64,000 nt of DNA from Candidatus Bipolaricaulota bacterium (GTDB lineage: Bacteria; Patescibacteriota; Patescibacteriia; UBA11705; DATKZF01): assembly GCA_035528115.1 (NCBI GenBank), contig DATKZF010000003.1:359089-423088 (forward strand). The letters are read 5' to 3'. Within the stretch, counting starts at the first letter, position 1. Each line of letters opens with the position of its first letter. Of the stretch, positions 18,367 to 28,213 are shown piece by piece. Under the pieces are notes generated by a model. It was given only the letters and a program-made list of their open reading frames with translations. It made no database searches and was not told the DNA's origin. The position numbers and the translations under genes were made by a program.

Positions 18367-19713
18367 ATGGTAGTTACACGACGCAACGCAATGCGGGTGG
18401 TTCGTTTGGGCCACTCCGAAGGTGTGGGAGCGTCGTGTTTCGCCTATGACAACGGATCCAGCGTTGTCATGGTCGATTGCGGCGTTCACATGGGTATTCA
18501 ACTTCGCCATCAGGCGACAATGGATTCGGATGAGCCGTTTGTTATTTACCCGGAAGCTCTGCCGAACATGCGGTGGATACTTGAAAATCGAGAGCGCATC
18601 GTAGGGTGGTTTCTCACCCACGGCCATCTCGATCACATTGGCGGACTGACATCATTGCCCGAGGAGATTTTAAACTCGGTGCCGTTTTATGGCACCCCGT
18701 TCACAGCGGCCATGATTCGCGCACTATTTCATAAAGCGCAGAAAAAAATGCCGCATATTACATTTCTTTCAGCGGATCAAAAGGGCGGCGATTTTGAACT
18801 GCCCGGGGAAGATCTGCGGATCTGTTACCGCGGGGTGCCGCACAGCATTCCGCAGTCGATCGCTTTGGCGATTTCGTCGCGCGGCAAGACTGCGGTGCAC
18901 CTGACTGATTTCAAGTTTGCCGGGCAAGACTTTCCGGCAAGCAAGATAGCTCTCGCGAGCTGGCTGAAGGATTACTCTGGCGCGGATCTTCTCGTCCTAG
19001 ATGTGCTCAATGCAGACAGGGAAGAAGGAGAAACCTTGCCAGAGAGCCTGGTTTACGGCTCGATCTGGGAGGTTATTGACCGGACTCCCCTGAGTAACAC
19101 GGTGTTCGCGGCCATGTTTTCCACGAACATCGATCGGATTCGGGAAACCGCGCGGTTGGCCGGTCTCTGCGGACGATCCGTTGAGTACGCGGGCCGAGCT
19201 TTGATAAATAGCGTAAACAACGCCCGCGAGGCCGGAGAGTACAATCTCGATCCCGGAGGCAACGATGATCCTCCCAAGCTGGTCATCATGACCGGTTGCC
19301 AGGGAGAGCCCGGCTCTGCTTTGTCAAAGGCGGCCTATGGAGAAGATGTCGGCTGGACTCCGAGAGATGGAGATTCGGTTATCATTTCCTCCACCGTTAT
19401 TCCCGGAGGCGAGCATCGGGTAGGTGAAATGATTTATCGTTTGACTAAAGCCGGCGCCCATGTCTTCGTGGCCTCCAAGGCCTTTTCGCGTCGATTCTCC
19501 TATCGGGGGGTCATCTCAATGAATCATCTTCATGTTTCCGGCCACGGCGGATTGGGAGACATGGAGCTCGCGATCAGGGAGGTTTATCCTCAAACCGTTT
19601 TGCCCATTCATGCGGATAAAACGGGAAGCAAGGCGTTCACCTCTTTTTGCCGGAGCAGGTTTCCTAAAACCGGAATTTCCACATGTTTGCAAGGAGAGAG
19701 TCTCTCTTTGTAG
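18367..19713 (+). CDS. metallo-beta-lactamase fold ribonuclease, RNase J-like (beta-CASP family)
   Basis: N-terminal pattern LGHSEGVGASCF...VMVDCG...WFLTHGHLDHIGGL...FYGTPFT parallels the RNase J N-terminus. 448 aa. The gene is clearly more GC-rich (about 53%) than flanking host genes. Confidence 0.5.
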   Translation: MVVTRRNAMRVVRLGHSEGVGASCFAYDNGSSVVMVDCGVHMGIQLRHQATMDSDEPFVIYPEALPNMRWILENRERIVGWFLTHGHLDHIGGLTSLPEEILNSVPFYGTPFTAAMIRALFHKAQKKMPHITFLSADQKGGDFELPGEDLRICYRGVPHSIPQSIALAISSRGKTAVHLTDFKFAGQDFPASKIALASWLKDYSGADLLVLDVLNADREEGETLPESLVYGSIWEVIDRTPLSNTVFAAMFSTNIDRIRETARLAGLCGRSVEYAGRALINSVNNAREAGEYNLDPGGNDDPPKLVIMTGCQGEPGSALSKAAYGEDVGWTPRDGDSVIISSTVIPGGEHRVGEMIYRLTKAGAHVFVASKAFSRRFSYRGVISMNHLHVSGHGGLGDMELAIREVYPQTVLPIHADKTGSKAFTSFCRSRFPKTGISTCLQGESLSL

Positions 19714-19804
19714 CTTGAGGGGTCTTCACACTCGAAGCCCCTTTTTTAATTAAAAAAATTGATTGCTTTGAGTTTTTCGAAAGTTGGGGTAAAATGTAGT
19801 TGCT

Positions 19805-20827
19805 ATGACAAAAACAGCTGACAAGGAAAACAGAATCGCCAGCCCGATCGCCAAAATCAATGAAAATGAGATGGAAACCTCCCTTCGTCCGCGCAAGCTG
19901 GACGAATATATCGGGCAGAACAAAATAAAGGAAAACGTTTTGATTTCAATTGAGGCGGCGAAAAAACGAAATGAGCCGCTGGAACATATTTTATTATTCG
20001 GCCCGCCCGGACTGGGAAAAACCACTTTGGCGCATGTGATCGCCAATGAAATGGGAACCAATATGCGCGTGACTTCCGGCCCGGCCATTGAAAAGGGCGG
20101 AGATTTGGCCGCCATTTTAACCAATCTGCAGCCGGGCGATATTTTATTTATCGACGAAATTCACCGGTTGAACAGATCTATTGAAGAAATATTGTACCCG
20201 GCCATGGAAGATTACGCTTTGGACATTGTCATCGGCAAGGGACCGTCCGCGCGCACTGTGCGGCTGGAGTTGCCGAAGTTCACCTTAATCGGCGCCACGA
20301 CCAAAATCAGCTGTCTGTCCGCCCCTCTTAGAGATCGTTTCGGCAATGTCTATCGTCTGGATTTTTATTCGCATGAAGATATTGAAAAAATAATTTTAAG
20401 ATCGGCCAGGGTTTTGAACTGCGATTTTTTTGACGAATGTTCAAAAGACATTGCGGCGCGTTCGCGCAAAACGCCTCGCGTGGCCAATCGTTTGTTAAAA
20501 CGCGTGCGCGATTTTGCGGAAGTGAAAAACAACGGCCGGATCGAACGACAAATCGCGGAGCAAGCTTTGAAAATGCTGGAAATAGACGAGCTGGGTCTCG
20601 ACGATGTGGACAGAAAATTGCTTTTAACGATTATTGATAAATTCGCCGGAGGTCCGGTGGGTTTGAATACCATTGCCGCGGCCACCTCCGAGGAAATGGA
20701 CGCCATTGAAGATGTTTTCGAGCCATTTTTGTTGCAACTCGGCTTTATCGATCGCACGCCGCGAGGCAGAATGGTGACCGAAAAGGCGTACAAGCATTTG
20801 AATGTGCCGTTTGCGCGTAACACATAG
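19805..20827 (+). CDS. ruvB: Holliday junction branch migration DNA helicase RuvB
   Basis: [22 protein letters not shown] Walker A and [10 protein letters not shown]. Confidence 0.95.
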   Translation: MTKTADKENRIASPIAKINENEMETSLRPRKLDEYIGQNKIKENVLISIEAAKKRNEPLEHILLFGPPGLGKTTLAHVIANEMGTNMRVTSGPAIEKGGDLAAILTNLQPGDILFIDEIHRLNRSIEEILYPAMEDYALDIVIGKGPSARTVRLELPKFTLIGATTKISCLSAPLRDRFGNVYRLDFYSHEDIEKIILRSARVLNCDFFDECSKDIAARSRKTPRVANRLLKRVRDFAEVKNNGRIERQIAEQALKMLEIDELGLDDVDRKLLLTIIDKFAGGPVGLNTIAAATSEEMDAIEDVFEPFLLQLGFIDRTPRGRMVTEKAYKHLNVPFARNT

Positions 20828-20968
20828 CACGTAGCATGAATCATGGAGCATGAAGCAATTGGCAAGGTTTTTAGTCGAGTAGGTTATTAGATTGCTTTCC
20901 CTAAGAACCTAATAACCTAAAAATACTCAAAACTCATTACTCGTTACCGATTACAGAATTAATATTTT

Positions 20969-21226
20969 ATGACCGTGGAAATCCCTTTATTCGCTTTATT
21001 GATTATTTATCTGGCCTATTTGGCGATATTTTTAATTTTCAGCATTTTTAATGTTTTACATATTTTCAAACACGACCTTTCTCCGGATAGAATTTACGCG
21101 CTCATCTGCGTTTATTTCCTTTTGTCCGCGTTGGTTGTTTTCGGAACTTATTATTTGCTGAAAGACATTGATTGGCAATCGACCATCACCGTGTTTTCGG
21201 AACAATATAAAAACATCAAATTTTAA
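20969..21226 (+). CDS. small membrane protein
   Basis: Two hydrophobic helices. 85 aa. Forms an apparent operon with 21230..21811. Confidence 0.4.
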   Translation: MTVEIPLFALLIIYLAYLAIFLIFSIFNVLHIFKHDLSPDRIYALICVYFLLSALVVFGTYYLLKDIDWQSTITVFSEQYKNIKF

Positions 21227-21229
21227 ATT

Positions 21230-21811
21230 ATGGTCTCACTGACTCATTTTCCCAATCAGCAAGCCGATGAAACGATTATTTTATCGATGCGCCGTCACTG
21301 GATCGCGGTGTTCAAATTGATTGTAATGTTTATAGCGTTGGTCGGATTGATTTTACTTTTTGATTTGGTAGCGTATGAATACACGGAAATTTGGAGCGGT
21401 GAGGTCGGATTTTCGCTGATGATTTTGGGCAACAGCGCGTATTTATTGTTTGTTTTGTTATTTTCTTTTTCTCATTTCGTGGATTATTATTTGGATATTT
21501 GGATTGTCACGGACAAAAGAATCATCAATATCGAACAAAAAGGCCTTTTCGCCAGAGTGGTTTCGGAAAAGGAATTATTTCGCATGCAGGACGTGACTTC
21601 CGAGGTCGAAGGTTTTTGGGCGACCTTTTTCAATTACGGCGATGTTTTTATTCAGACCGCCGGTGAAACGTCTCGTTTCGTTTTCAGGCAGGTGCCGAAC
21701 GCGTCCGAGGTAGCGCAAAAGATCAGTGACCTGGTCACCAAGACCAGAGAAACCAAGCCGTTCCCGATGTACGTGACCGAACCGAATGCCAAAATAGACG
21801 ACGAATTATAA
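21230..21811 (+). CDS. membrane protein with bacterial PH-like (YdbT/DUF304-like) domain
   Basis: N-terminal TM pair followed by a soluble domain (DVFIQTAGETSRFVFRQVPNASEV). A terminator hairpin GCCGCattaGCGGC plus T-tract lies at about 21836-21862. Confidence 0.4.
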   Translation: MVSLTHFPNQQADETIILSMRRHWIAVFKLIVMFIALVGLILLFDLVAYEYTEIWSGEVGFSLMILGNSAYLLFVLLFSFSHFVDYYLDIWIVTDKRIINIEQKGLFARVVSEKELFRMQDVTSEVEGFWATFFNYGDVFIQTAGETSRFVFRQVPNASEVAQKISDLVTKTRETKPFPMYVTEPNAKIDDEL

Positions 21812-21931
21812 TCAACATTTCAGATAAAACAAAAAGCCGCATTACGCGGCTTTTGTAGTGAGGAAGTTTTATTTTAATAAAGAACGGTTGATTAATGAAT
21901 AAATGTTTGACCTTGAATATGATTTATTTTA

Positions 21932-23590
21932 TCACCAAATTTTTTCCAAAGTGATTCCCGAATAATAGTATTTCAAAATTTGATCGTATTTTGCTCCTGT
22001 TTCGTCCGCCCTGTGATACGCGTCATACGCGTCAATGCCCACTCCGTGACCCCACAATTCCTTGCCTTCGCTGAACTGGCAATTTACGGAAACCAGATAA
22101 GGGACATCATTATTCCAAACTTCCTTGAAGCTTCTGGTGCGGCCGTCGCTTCTGGAAAAATAAGCGGCCACGATCGGTTTTCCTTCATAAGTGGCGACGA
22201 TGCCGTTGGTTTCGTCAATGGCTTTTTGCATGTCTTTCAGCCGCAAAGAAACATTGTAGCCTCGATAGACCTGATCGTAGGTGGCGTCCACATGATAATA
22301 TTCATCGGCGTGTTTGGTGGCCTTGGTGAAGTGATAATAAGCGTATGTTCTGGCGGCCACGGCCATTGTTTTCAAATATTCGATCGGCGAGCCGTTGCTT
22401 GTTTCAGCAATGCCGCGCAAATAATCTTCCATGGGCAGTTCATTGATAATCCATGTTCTGTCTTTTGAATCGTTGTGCCTGATTTCCAAGTCGCCCGAGA
22501 AAGTATTGTCGTTTAAGGCGGTGTTCCAGGCCGGTCTGTTTTCAAAACTGGTTATTTCAAAAATGCCGTTGTTGGTATTTTTCAAAATCAAATAGTTTGA
22601 AGTGGAAACGCTTTTGTCTGATTTAATATATGAATATTTGTTTGTCGAAGGATCAAATGTCGCGCTGAGTTTTTCATTGGCAGCGAAAGAAGCGATTGTA
22701 TTGTTGTTTGAGTCGAAAAGCTGCCAAGCTTTGGTGTTTTTTATTTCAAAGGCATTGTCCGAGTAAAACAGTCCCACTCTGATGCGCGGGCCGGTCGAAG
22801 CCATTTGAGGCAAGCAATTTGAATCCGCGTTTGTTGAAGAACTTAATGTATATGGACAATCGGTTCTATTATTTGGCGAGGCAGTCGGCAATTCCGCGGT
22901 TTCGCTCGGCGCGGGTGTATTTATGGGCGCGGGTTTTTCCACGGCAAAATCTCTCGGATCCGGATTAGCCGGATTATCCGTGACATACATTGATATGGAA
23001 ATATCTCCGCCTTTTATCATGACATTATCGTCAGCGAGCACAAATGTGCCGTCATAATCTCCGAAGGCGGGCGGCGCTTGCACCGCGAATCTAAAAGTCG
23101 CCACTTGTCCCGGAGCGATACTGTCCTCCATCATGGCGCCCGGCAAAAAAGGGTCCGGCCAGAATTCGTGTCTGAATTTCAATCCCGATGTTTTTGATTT
23201 CAAATAAACATGACCTTTTTTCCAAACATTGTCTCCGGTATTTTTGAACTTGGCTTCAAAGGTAAATCCCTTATTGGGCACAATTTTCACTCTCGCATGG
23301 GATTGCTCAAGAAATTGAGAAGCATTGCTATTGGTCTGCGTCGCAGCCAGGGCCACGGTGACGTGAAATGGGTTTAATTTTTGGGGCAGATCCAGGTTAG
23401 AGTTTTTATTATAAACCGTGTTTTCAATGTGGCGCAGTCCGCAGCTGGTCACAACCAAGATTAAAAAAGCGAAAGTCAAATTCACTAAAAGATTCGGTTT
23501 TTTATCCGGTTGAAGTCTATAATTACGGCAATACGTTTGATTTTTGTTTTCGGGAAGCATATTTTTGATTACCTGAATACAGTATATCAT
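21932..23590 (-). CDS. SpoIID/LytB domain protein (peptidoglycan-remodelling)
   Basis: C-terminal region TMAVAARTYAYYH...GHGVGIDAYDAYHRA matches the SpoIID/LytB signature. N-terminal signal/TM region. Confidence 0.7.
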   Translation of the reverse strand: MIYCIQVIKNMLPENKNQTYCRNYRLQPDKKPNLLVNLTFAFLILVVTSCGLRHIENTVYNKNSNLDLPQKLNPFHVTVALAATQTNSNASQFLEQSHARVKIVPNKGFTFEAKFKNTGDNVWKKGHVYLKSKTSGLKFRHEFWPDPFLPGAMMEDSIAPGQVATFRFAVQAPPAFGDYDGTFVLADDNVMIKGGDISISMYVTDNPANPDPRDFAVEKPAPINTPAPSETAELPTASPNNRTDCPYTLSSSTNADSNCLPQMASTGPRIRVGLFYSDNAFEIKNTKAWQLFDSNNNTIASFAANEKLSATFDPSTNKYSYIKSDKSVSTSNYLILKNTNNGIFEITSFENRPAWNTALNDNTFSGDLEIRHNDSKDRTWIINELPMEDYLRGIAETSNGSPIEYLKTMAVAARTYAYYHFTKATKHADEYYHVDATYDQVYRGYNVSLRLKDMQKAIDETNGIVATYEGKPIVAAYFSRSDGRTRSFKEVWNNDVPYLVSVNCQFSEGKELWGHGVGIDAYDAYHRADETGAKYDQILKYYYSGITLEKIW

Positions 23591-23652
23591 TTTTGGAAAA
23601 GATTGTCAATGCTGTTTTGTGTAATTTTAGATAAAAAAGAGGTTGTTGCCTA

Positions 23653-23681
23653 TTGACAATGTTATGAGGGCGTGCTAATAT
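23653..23681 (+). promoter_or_regulatory. sigma70-like promoter (TTGACA, 17 nt, TAATAT)
   Basis: TTGACA at 23653-23658 and TAATAT at 23676-23681, upstream of the acidic-protein minigene. Confidence 0.45.
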
Positions 23682-23770
23682 ATGATATTCCGTGGCTTGC
23701 GTAGGCCTAGGGAGAGAACTGCAGATGACGCATTCCAGGGTTGGCGTTTAGCCGTCCAAAGGAGGCATTC

Positions 23771-24157
23771 ATGTCTGACGGGGTTGAGGAAGGGGTTTAT
23801 ATCTGGGAGGAAATTCCCGAGGACGAGGAGGACATCGGGGAACTCTACGTTCCCACGGTCGAGCTTTCCGCCGAAGAGAAGAAGTTAGCGCGTCTGCTGG
23901 CCGAGGCCGACGCAATCAGCATGCCGGCCATGGTAGAGGCTTTCGAGTCCCTCGAGGCCTACTTGGAGGACGAAGGCTTCGAGCCTCAGCCGACTCTCGA
24001 GGAGTACCGCTTCTGGGGACAGAAGGTCAAGGCTAGGACTGACAAGGCGCATAGGCTTTGGGGCGAGTTTTTGAGCGAAGAAGGGCGGAGGTTCGCTGAG
24101 GCGGACGCCGAGGACATTGAGCTCCAAGCGGCGGCCTGTGAGTCACTGGAGGAGTAA
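23771..24157 (+). CDS. hypothetical highly acidic protein (GC-rich minigene)
   Basis: ORF 23741..24157 trimmed to the ATG at 23771, preceded by AAGGAGG. About 58% GC. Shares the motif EEYRFWGQK with the HTH protein 28957..29316 (EEYRVWGKR). Confidence 0.45.
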   Translation: MSDGVEEGVYIWEEIPEDEEDIGELYVPTVELSAEEKKLARLLAEADAISMPAMVEAFESLEAYLEDEGFEPQPTLEEYRFWGQKVKARTDKAHRLWGEFLSEEGRRFAEADAEDIELQAAACESLEE

Positions 24158-24316
24158 TTGGAGGCCGAGGGGTTCGAGGGCTGCTTCGAAGAGGATCTCG
24201 AGAACTAGTCGTGTGGTTACAGTTTGTCAAAGGAAAGGAGGAAGTTGACAGGCGGATTCATCTCAATGAGTCCGCTGTTTTATTTTAAATTAAAAAAATC
24301 CGCGGCGTGGGGCGGA

Positions 24317-24583
24317 TTAGAGTTGTCGCGGTCGCCTTTTTTCAATCACGGGCAAGTTGATTCTTTGACGCAATTTGGATCCGCATTGGCGACAAAACGA
24401 GTCTTCAATATGGACGATGGGTCGGTAGCATTCCGAGCATTTTGGCGCGCTATCGCCATTTATTGCGGGCAGTGACATGCCGCATTGGCGGCAAAATCGG
24501 TCTTGATGATGGACGAGAGGTTTTTGACAATGAGGGCACTTTGTCCGACGCGGTTTTCTCGGCGTCCTCTCTCTCTTTCCCAT
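24317..24583 (-). CDS. double zinc-ribbon protein (internal duplication)
   Basis: Two CxxC...CxxC units (CPHCQKPLVHHQDRFCRQCG and CSECYRPIVHIEDSFCRQCG). The DNA shows the corresponding roughly 75-bp direct repeat. The start is uncertain, and the upstream part of ORF 24317..24697 is probably not coding. Confidence 0.4.
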   Translation of the reverse strand: MGKRERTPRKPRRTKCPHCQKPLVHHQDRFCRQCGMSLPAINGDSAPKCSECYRPIVHIEDSFCRQCGSKLRQRINLPVIEKRRPRQL

Positions 24584-24873
24584 GGCAAATACTCCTTGCT
24601 TAGGTTCAAACGCATGGTAATCAGTATTTTCAGGCAAGTCAAGAAAATAAAAAACGGCAGCCGCGAGGCTGCCGAGGAAAAGCCGACTAGCTGTCAAATT
24701 TTAAAAAATATTCTTTGGGTTTCGATTCTTGTTCCAAGACATCTTTCCATTCGGGATTAAGGTCGGATACCCTTTTTAACGCGCCCTCATGCAGGCAAAG
24801 AGGATCGACTACCCGCGATTTGCAAAAAACTTTGCAGTCATAGTCGTTGGGATCATTTAGAAAGCCGATTTTA

Positions 24874-25878
24874 TTACTTATCCTGATCGACCGCTTCTTC
24901 CAAACGTTTGGCTTCCTTATCAAAATCACTGATTATTTTTTTGCTTTTCTCCGCGTGATATTTTTCGTATTCTTTGTTGGCTAGCCGCTCAGCCTTTTCG
25001 GCGCTGATTTTTCCGGCGTTGGTTAAAATCTCTTTTTCGCTTAATTTTAAAAAGTCATCCAGTTTATTTATCCAGTTTTCCATGGACATGGCACGGTCGT
25101 TGGTGGCTTGCAGTTCCGCGAAATCCAAATATAGCGAAACGATTAAATTTAACTGTTTCAATTCAGGTTCATTCAAATAGTTTTTGGCCACGTGAGCATC
25201 GGCGACCGTGAGATAGTTGCCCTTAAAATTTGTTAAACCCATATTCGGTTTCTCGGCGTTCGCGCGTTGCGCTATTAATTCAGCGGCGGTATTACCATGG
25301 ACGGCAAAGTGTATTTTATTTTGCACTGTCGCGAAAAATTTTTTGGTCAACGCGTCATCTTTGCGGTAATCAATGCTGGTGGCGTAGACATCTGTGATTT
25401 TTTGATAAAAATTCCGTTCGCTGGCGCGGATGTCACGGATTCGTTGCAAGAGTTCTTCAAAATACCTCGCGCGTCCACCGCCCTGCTTTAGGCGTTCATC
25501 GTCCAGCGCGTAGCCTTTTATAATATATTCCCGCAAGCGTTGAGTCGCCCAAATGCGGAATTGAGTGCCGCGGAGCGAATTTATCCTATATCCTACAGAA
25601 ATAATCGCGTCAAGGTTATAAATCTTTATAGGGCGGTTGACTTGCCTATTACCCTCAAGTTGAACTGCCGAGGATTCCTCGGATGTTGCTTTTTCCTCTA
25701 ATTCACGATCCAGATAGATATTTTTTAGATGAAGGGCTATATTGTCTATGCTGCAATCAAAAAGCTCGGCCATCTGCTTTTGCGATAGCCACACTGTTTC
25801 TTTTTCCATTTTAACCTCCACCTTGGTTTTTCCGTCATCGGTTTGATAGAGGATGATTTGGGATGAGTTATGTCCCAT
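24874..25878 (-). CDS. RhuM family (virulence-associated) protein
   Basis: QIILYQTDDGKTKVEV...WLSQKQMAELF...NLDAIISVGYRINSLRGTQFRIWATQRLREYIIKGYALDDERLK is a strong match to the RhuM family signature as I recall it. Confidence 0.75.
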   Translation of the reverse strand: MGHNSSQIILYQTDDGKTKVEVKMEKETVWLSQKQMAELFDCSIDNIALHLKNIYLDRELEEKATSEESSAVQLEGNRQVNRPIKIYNLDAIISVGYRINSLRGTQFRIWATQRLREYIIKGYALDDERLKQGGGRARYFEELLQRIRDIRASERNFYQKITDVYATSIDYRKDDALTKKFFATVQNKIHFAVHGNTAAELIAQRANAEKPNMGLTNFKGNYLTVADAHVAKNYLNEPELKQLNLIVSLYLDFAELQATNDRAMSMENWINKLDDFLKLSEKEILTNAGKISAEKAERLANKEYEKYHAEKSKKIISDFDKEAKRLEEAVDQDK

Positions 25879-25883
25879 AAAAA

Positions 25884-26138
25884 TTAAGTTGATATGTCGA
25901 TACCAATAGCTTCGGCCGGCGAATTCGGCTGTTCATCGAAATGTTCCGTGAAGTAACGCATAACTTCTCCTGTGCCGGTCCCGACATCGATGTATCGCCG
26001 CATAGGTTGCCCGGCTCGCGCGCACGAATCGCAAAATGCCCGCACCGTTTGAAAAACGCGGCTCAATGAGTTAGAATTTGTCACCCAAGGCAGCTGATCG
26101 AATGATTTTGCGCGGAGATTGAAGACGTGTCTTTGCAT
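25884..26138 (-). pseudogene. N-terminal fragment of a class I SAM-dependent methyltransferase (truncated)
   Basis: Motif I IDVGTGTGEVMRY and post-I IGIDIS, then a stop 6 nt before the RhuM start. No downstream continuation was found. Confidence 0.3.
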
Positions 26139-26205
26139 ATTGAAGTGCGGAATTGATTAGTCGCAGGGATCATCCCGAGGAGGTCACCCATAAATCAATT
26201 TATTT

Positions 26206-26847
26206 TTAGTTCTTCCCCGTTATGCGGAGACTGGCAAGAATGTCTCTATAAGGTGATGGCGCGGCTTCCTCAATGGAATAGTCGACATTGTGAAAAGCGG
26301 CTTCGTAGTAGTATTTGTCGGATTCCAACAGATAGCACATGGCGGGAAACATTCCGGAGCAATCATACTTATAGTAGCGTACGCCGCCAATATTTTCAGT
26401 TTGCTCGGAGGAAAGGTCTGTTGTTATTTCCTGTTTGCCCAATAGCCATCCGGCGTTCGTAAGATTTTTGTCGAAGACCGAGATGGTCCCATCGAGTGTA
26501 ACTTGCTCCCCCTCCAGCTGTAGGATACTTACTGAGTATAGTGAGTTTTCGCTCTCGCCAAACTCAATCAGCGACGCATTCGATGGATAAGAAAATGAGA
26601 ATCCGAGATCCTTGTTCTCATATGATTTTAATTGGATGACGGCTCCGCCCTTGCCTTCTTGATCAATACTATTTGCATTGGATAATGGCTGTTGCGTTTC
26701 ACTGCTATTTTCCTGATTAGCGGTCGGAGCATTCATTGGAGGCTGATTTATTTTGCTTTTGTCGCATCCTGCGGCGAGTATTATCAATAACAAGCAGCAA
26801 GCCAAGGAAACCGGCGCGCGGAGAGTATTTGATAACGTCATTTTCAT
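26206..26847 (-). CDS. hypothetical lipoprotein
   Basis: Signal peptide with lipobox LAAGC. Ser/Asn/Gln-rich linker. Confidence 0.5.
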   Translation of the reverse strand: MKMTLSNTLRAPVSLACCLLLIILAAGCDKSKINQPPMNAPTANQENSSETQQPLSNANSIDQEGKGGAVIQLKSYENKDLGFSFSYPSNASLIEFGESENSLYSVSILQLEGEQVTLDGTISVFDKNLTNAGWLLGKQEITTDLSSEQTENIGGVRYYKYDCSGMFPAMCYLLESDKYYYEAAFHNVDYSIEEAAPSPYRDILASLRITGKN

Positions 26848-26896
26848 ATATAATTTTGCTTTATCCTTTATCGCAATTTTAGTATTGCCCGAAAAT

Positions 26897-27577
26897 TTAT
26901 CTTACAGGTTCCCACGGCTCGAACGCTTTTTGAATATTGTCCAGTTCGGTTACCATCGGTTGAATGAACCGGACGGAATCGGAATTTGCATTCCACCATG
27001 TTGCTATTGCTTTTGGTGCGCCCTCGCCGCGAAATGCCCAAACGAGAATATCGCCATTGCTGGCTGTTTCTCTAATGTCATTTGCCAACCAGTCTGAGTT
27101 CGCCGCCATGCCAAGATCCTTTTCCATTTCGTCGGCATGGACGGAAAGGATATGGCGAAGGGTTGCCTCGTCGCATGACATATTGTCAACAGATAGAGGA
27201 ATTCGCGACCCCTCTATGCCACCTGCCTCTGTCGGAAGCAGCAGGATGACCCAATCGCATTTAGGAGAGCCTTGTTTCGAGAGAAGATTTTCAAATTCGC
27301 CTGGCGTGAGCCAGTGTGAGAAGCTGACTTGAACATTGAGTGGATCTTGCGTTTCCTTTGAGAGTCTATTCATCAGCCATTCGCGATATATCGATTCTTT
27401 GTCAGTTTGCATCACCTCGGCCGGATTCTTGGCCTCCTCATTCCCACAGGCGACTAAAAGCAATGCCAATAAGGCAAGAGAACCAACTTTAAATATAACC
27501 GAGATGTTAGTTTTTTTCATACAATATTCATTAAACAATTCTATCACAAGGTTATCATTTATCAATATGGATGACAA
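26897..27577 (-). CDS. hypothetical lipoprotein
   Basis: Signal peptide with lipobox LVACG. Confidence 0.5.
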   Translation of the reverse strand: MSSILINDNLVIELFNEYCMKKTNISVIFKVGSLALLALLLVACGNEEAKNPAEVMQTDKESIYREWLMNRLSKETQDPLNVQVSFSHWLTPGEFENLLSKQGSPKCDWVILLLPTEAGGIEGSRIPLSVDNMSCDEATLRHILSVHADEMEKDLGMAANSDWLANDIRETASNGDILVWAFRGEGAPKAIATWWNANSDSVRFIQPMVTELDNIQKAFEPWEPVR

Positions 27578-27610
27578 TAATATAAGGAAAAGTCGGTAAA
27601 AGGCTGCGTA

Positions 27611-27638
27611 TTGACAGATTTTATAAAAATGCTATACT
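27611..27638 (+). promoter_or_regulatory. sigma70-like promoter (TTGACA, 16 nt, TATACT)
   Basis: Read directly from the sequence. It lies upstream of the leader ORF and the ZAS-like gene. Confidence 0.5.
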
Positions 27639-27707
27639 AAAAGCTCGAAAATATCGAGGAAGACGTCGACAGTTAGTGTGCTTCAGCACGACAAGGAGGA
27701 TAGAGCC

Positions 27708-27758
27708 ATGAACTGCCGGCAAGCAACGGATATCCTGCTCGATGAAAACGGAAGATGA
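27708..27758 (+). CDS. 16-aa leader peptide (MNCRQATDILLDENGR) translationally coupled to the downstream gene
   Basis: Strong SD AAGGAGGA 7 nt upstream of the ATG. Its TGA stop overlaps the downstream start codon as ATGA. Confidence 0.35.
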   Translation: MNCRQATDILLDENGR

Positions 27759-28105
27759 ACATGCCGAAGAAAAGCAAACCGGCTTCAAGTGCCCCTGCCC
27801 CGGATTTTGTGGAAGCATTTGCGGCCATTCGCGAAAAGCTTGGCTGCACTGATGAGAAATTGGGGCAAATCATCGCATTTGCGCTGGTCAGAGATCGTCG
27901 AATTGCGGCATTTTTCTCGACCACGCGCGATGGCGCGAAGCAATTCCGTGACATCGCGAGGCACATGAGGGATTGCCCCTGTTGCAGTCTCGCGCTTCAT
28001 CTGATCATGTCCAGCGTGTACGAGGTGCGCCTGGAAAACAAAAAAAAGGCGAAGACAAAACCTTCGCCTCGCAAGCAGTCAGTACCGACCAAAAAGGCCC
28101 AGTAG
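27755..28105 (+). CDS. putative zinc-binding anti-sigma-factor-like protein (HxxxCxxC ZAS motif)
   Basis: ARHMRDCPCCSLALHL contains H-x3-C-x2-C. Lys/Pro-rich basic tail. GC-rich. Confidence 0.35.
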   Translation: MNMPKKSKPASSAPAPDFVEAFAAIREKLGCTDEKLGQIIAFALVRDRRIAAFFSTTRDGAKQFRDIARHMRDCPCCSLALHLIMSSVYEVRLENKKKAKTKPSPRKQSVPTKKAQ

Positions 28106-28111
28106 CCTAAG

Positions 28112-28162
28112 CTCTCATGAGCCATTCGGCAACGCGGATCCAACATCGGGTCCGCTTTTTTA
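28112..28162 (+). terminator. shared terminator-like repeat R1 (GCCATTCGGCAACGCGGATCCAACATCGGGTCCGC plus T-tract)
   Basis: Near-identical copies at 29330-29395 and 29737-29780, each directly after a plus-strand minigene. Confidence 0.5.
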
Positions 28163-28213
28163 TTTTAAAATTTTTCTGAAATTGAAAAATGACCCTTGTG
28201 AAGAGCCACCTTG

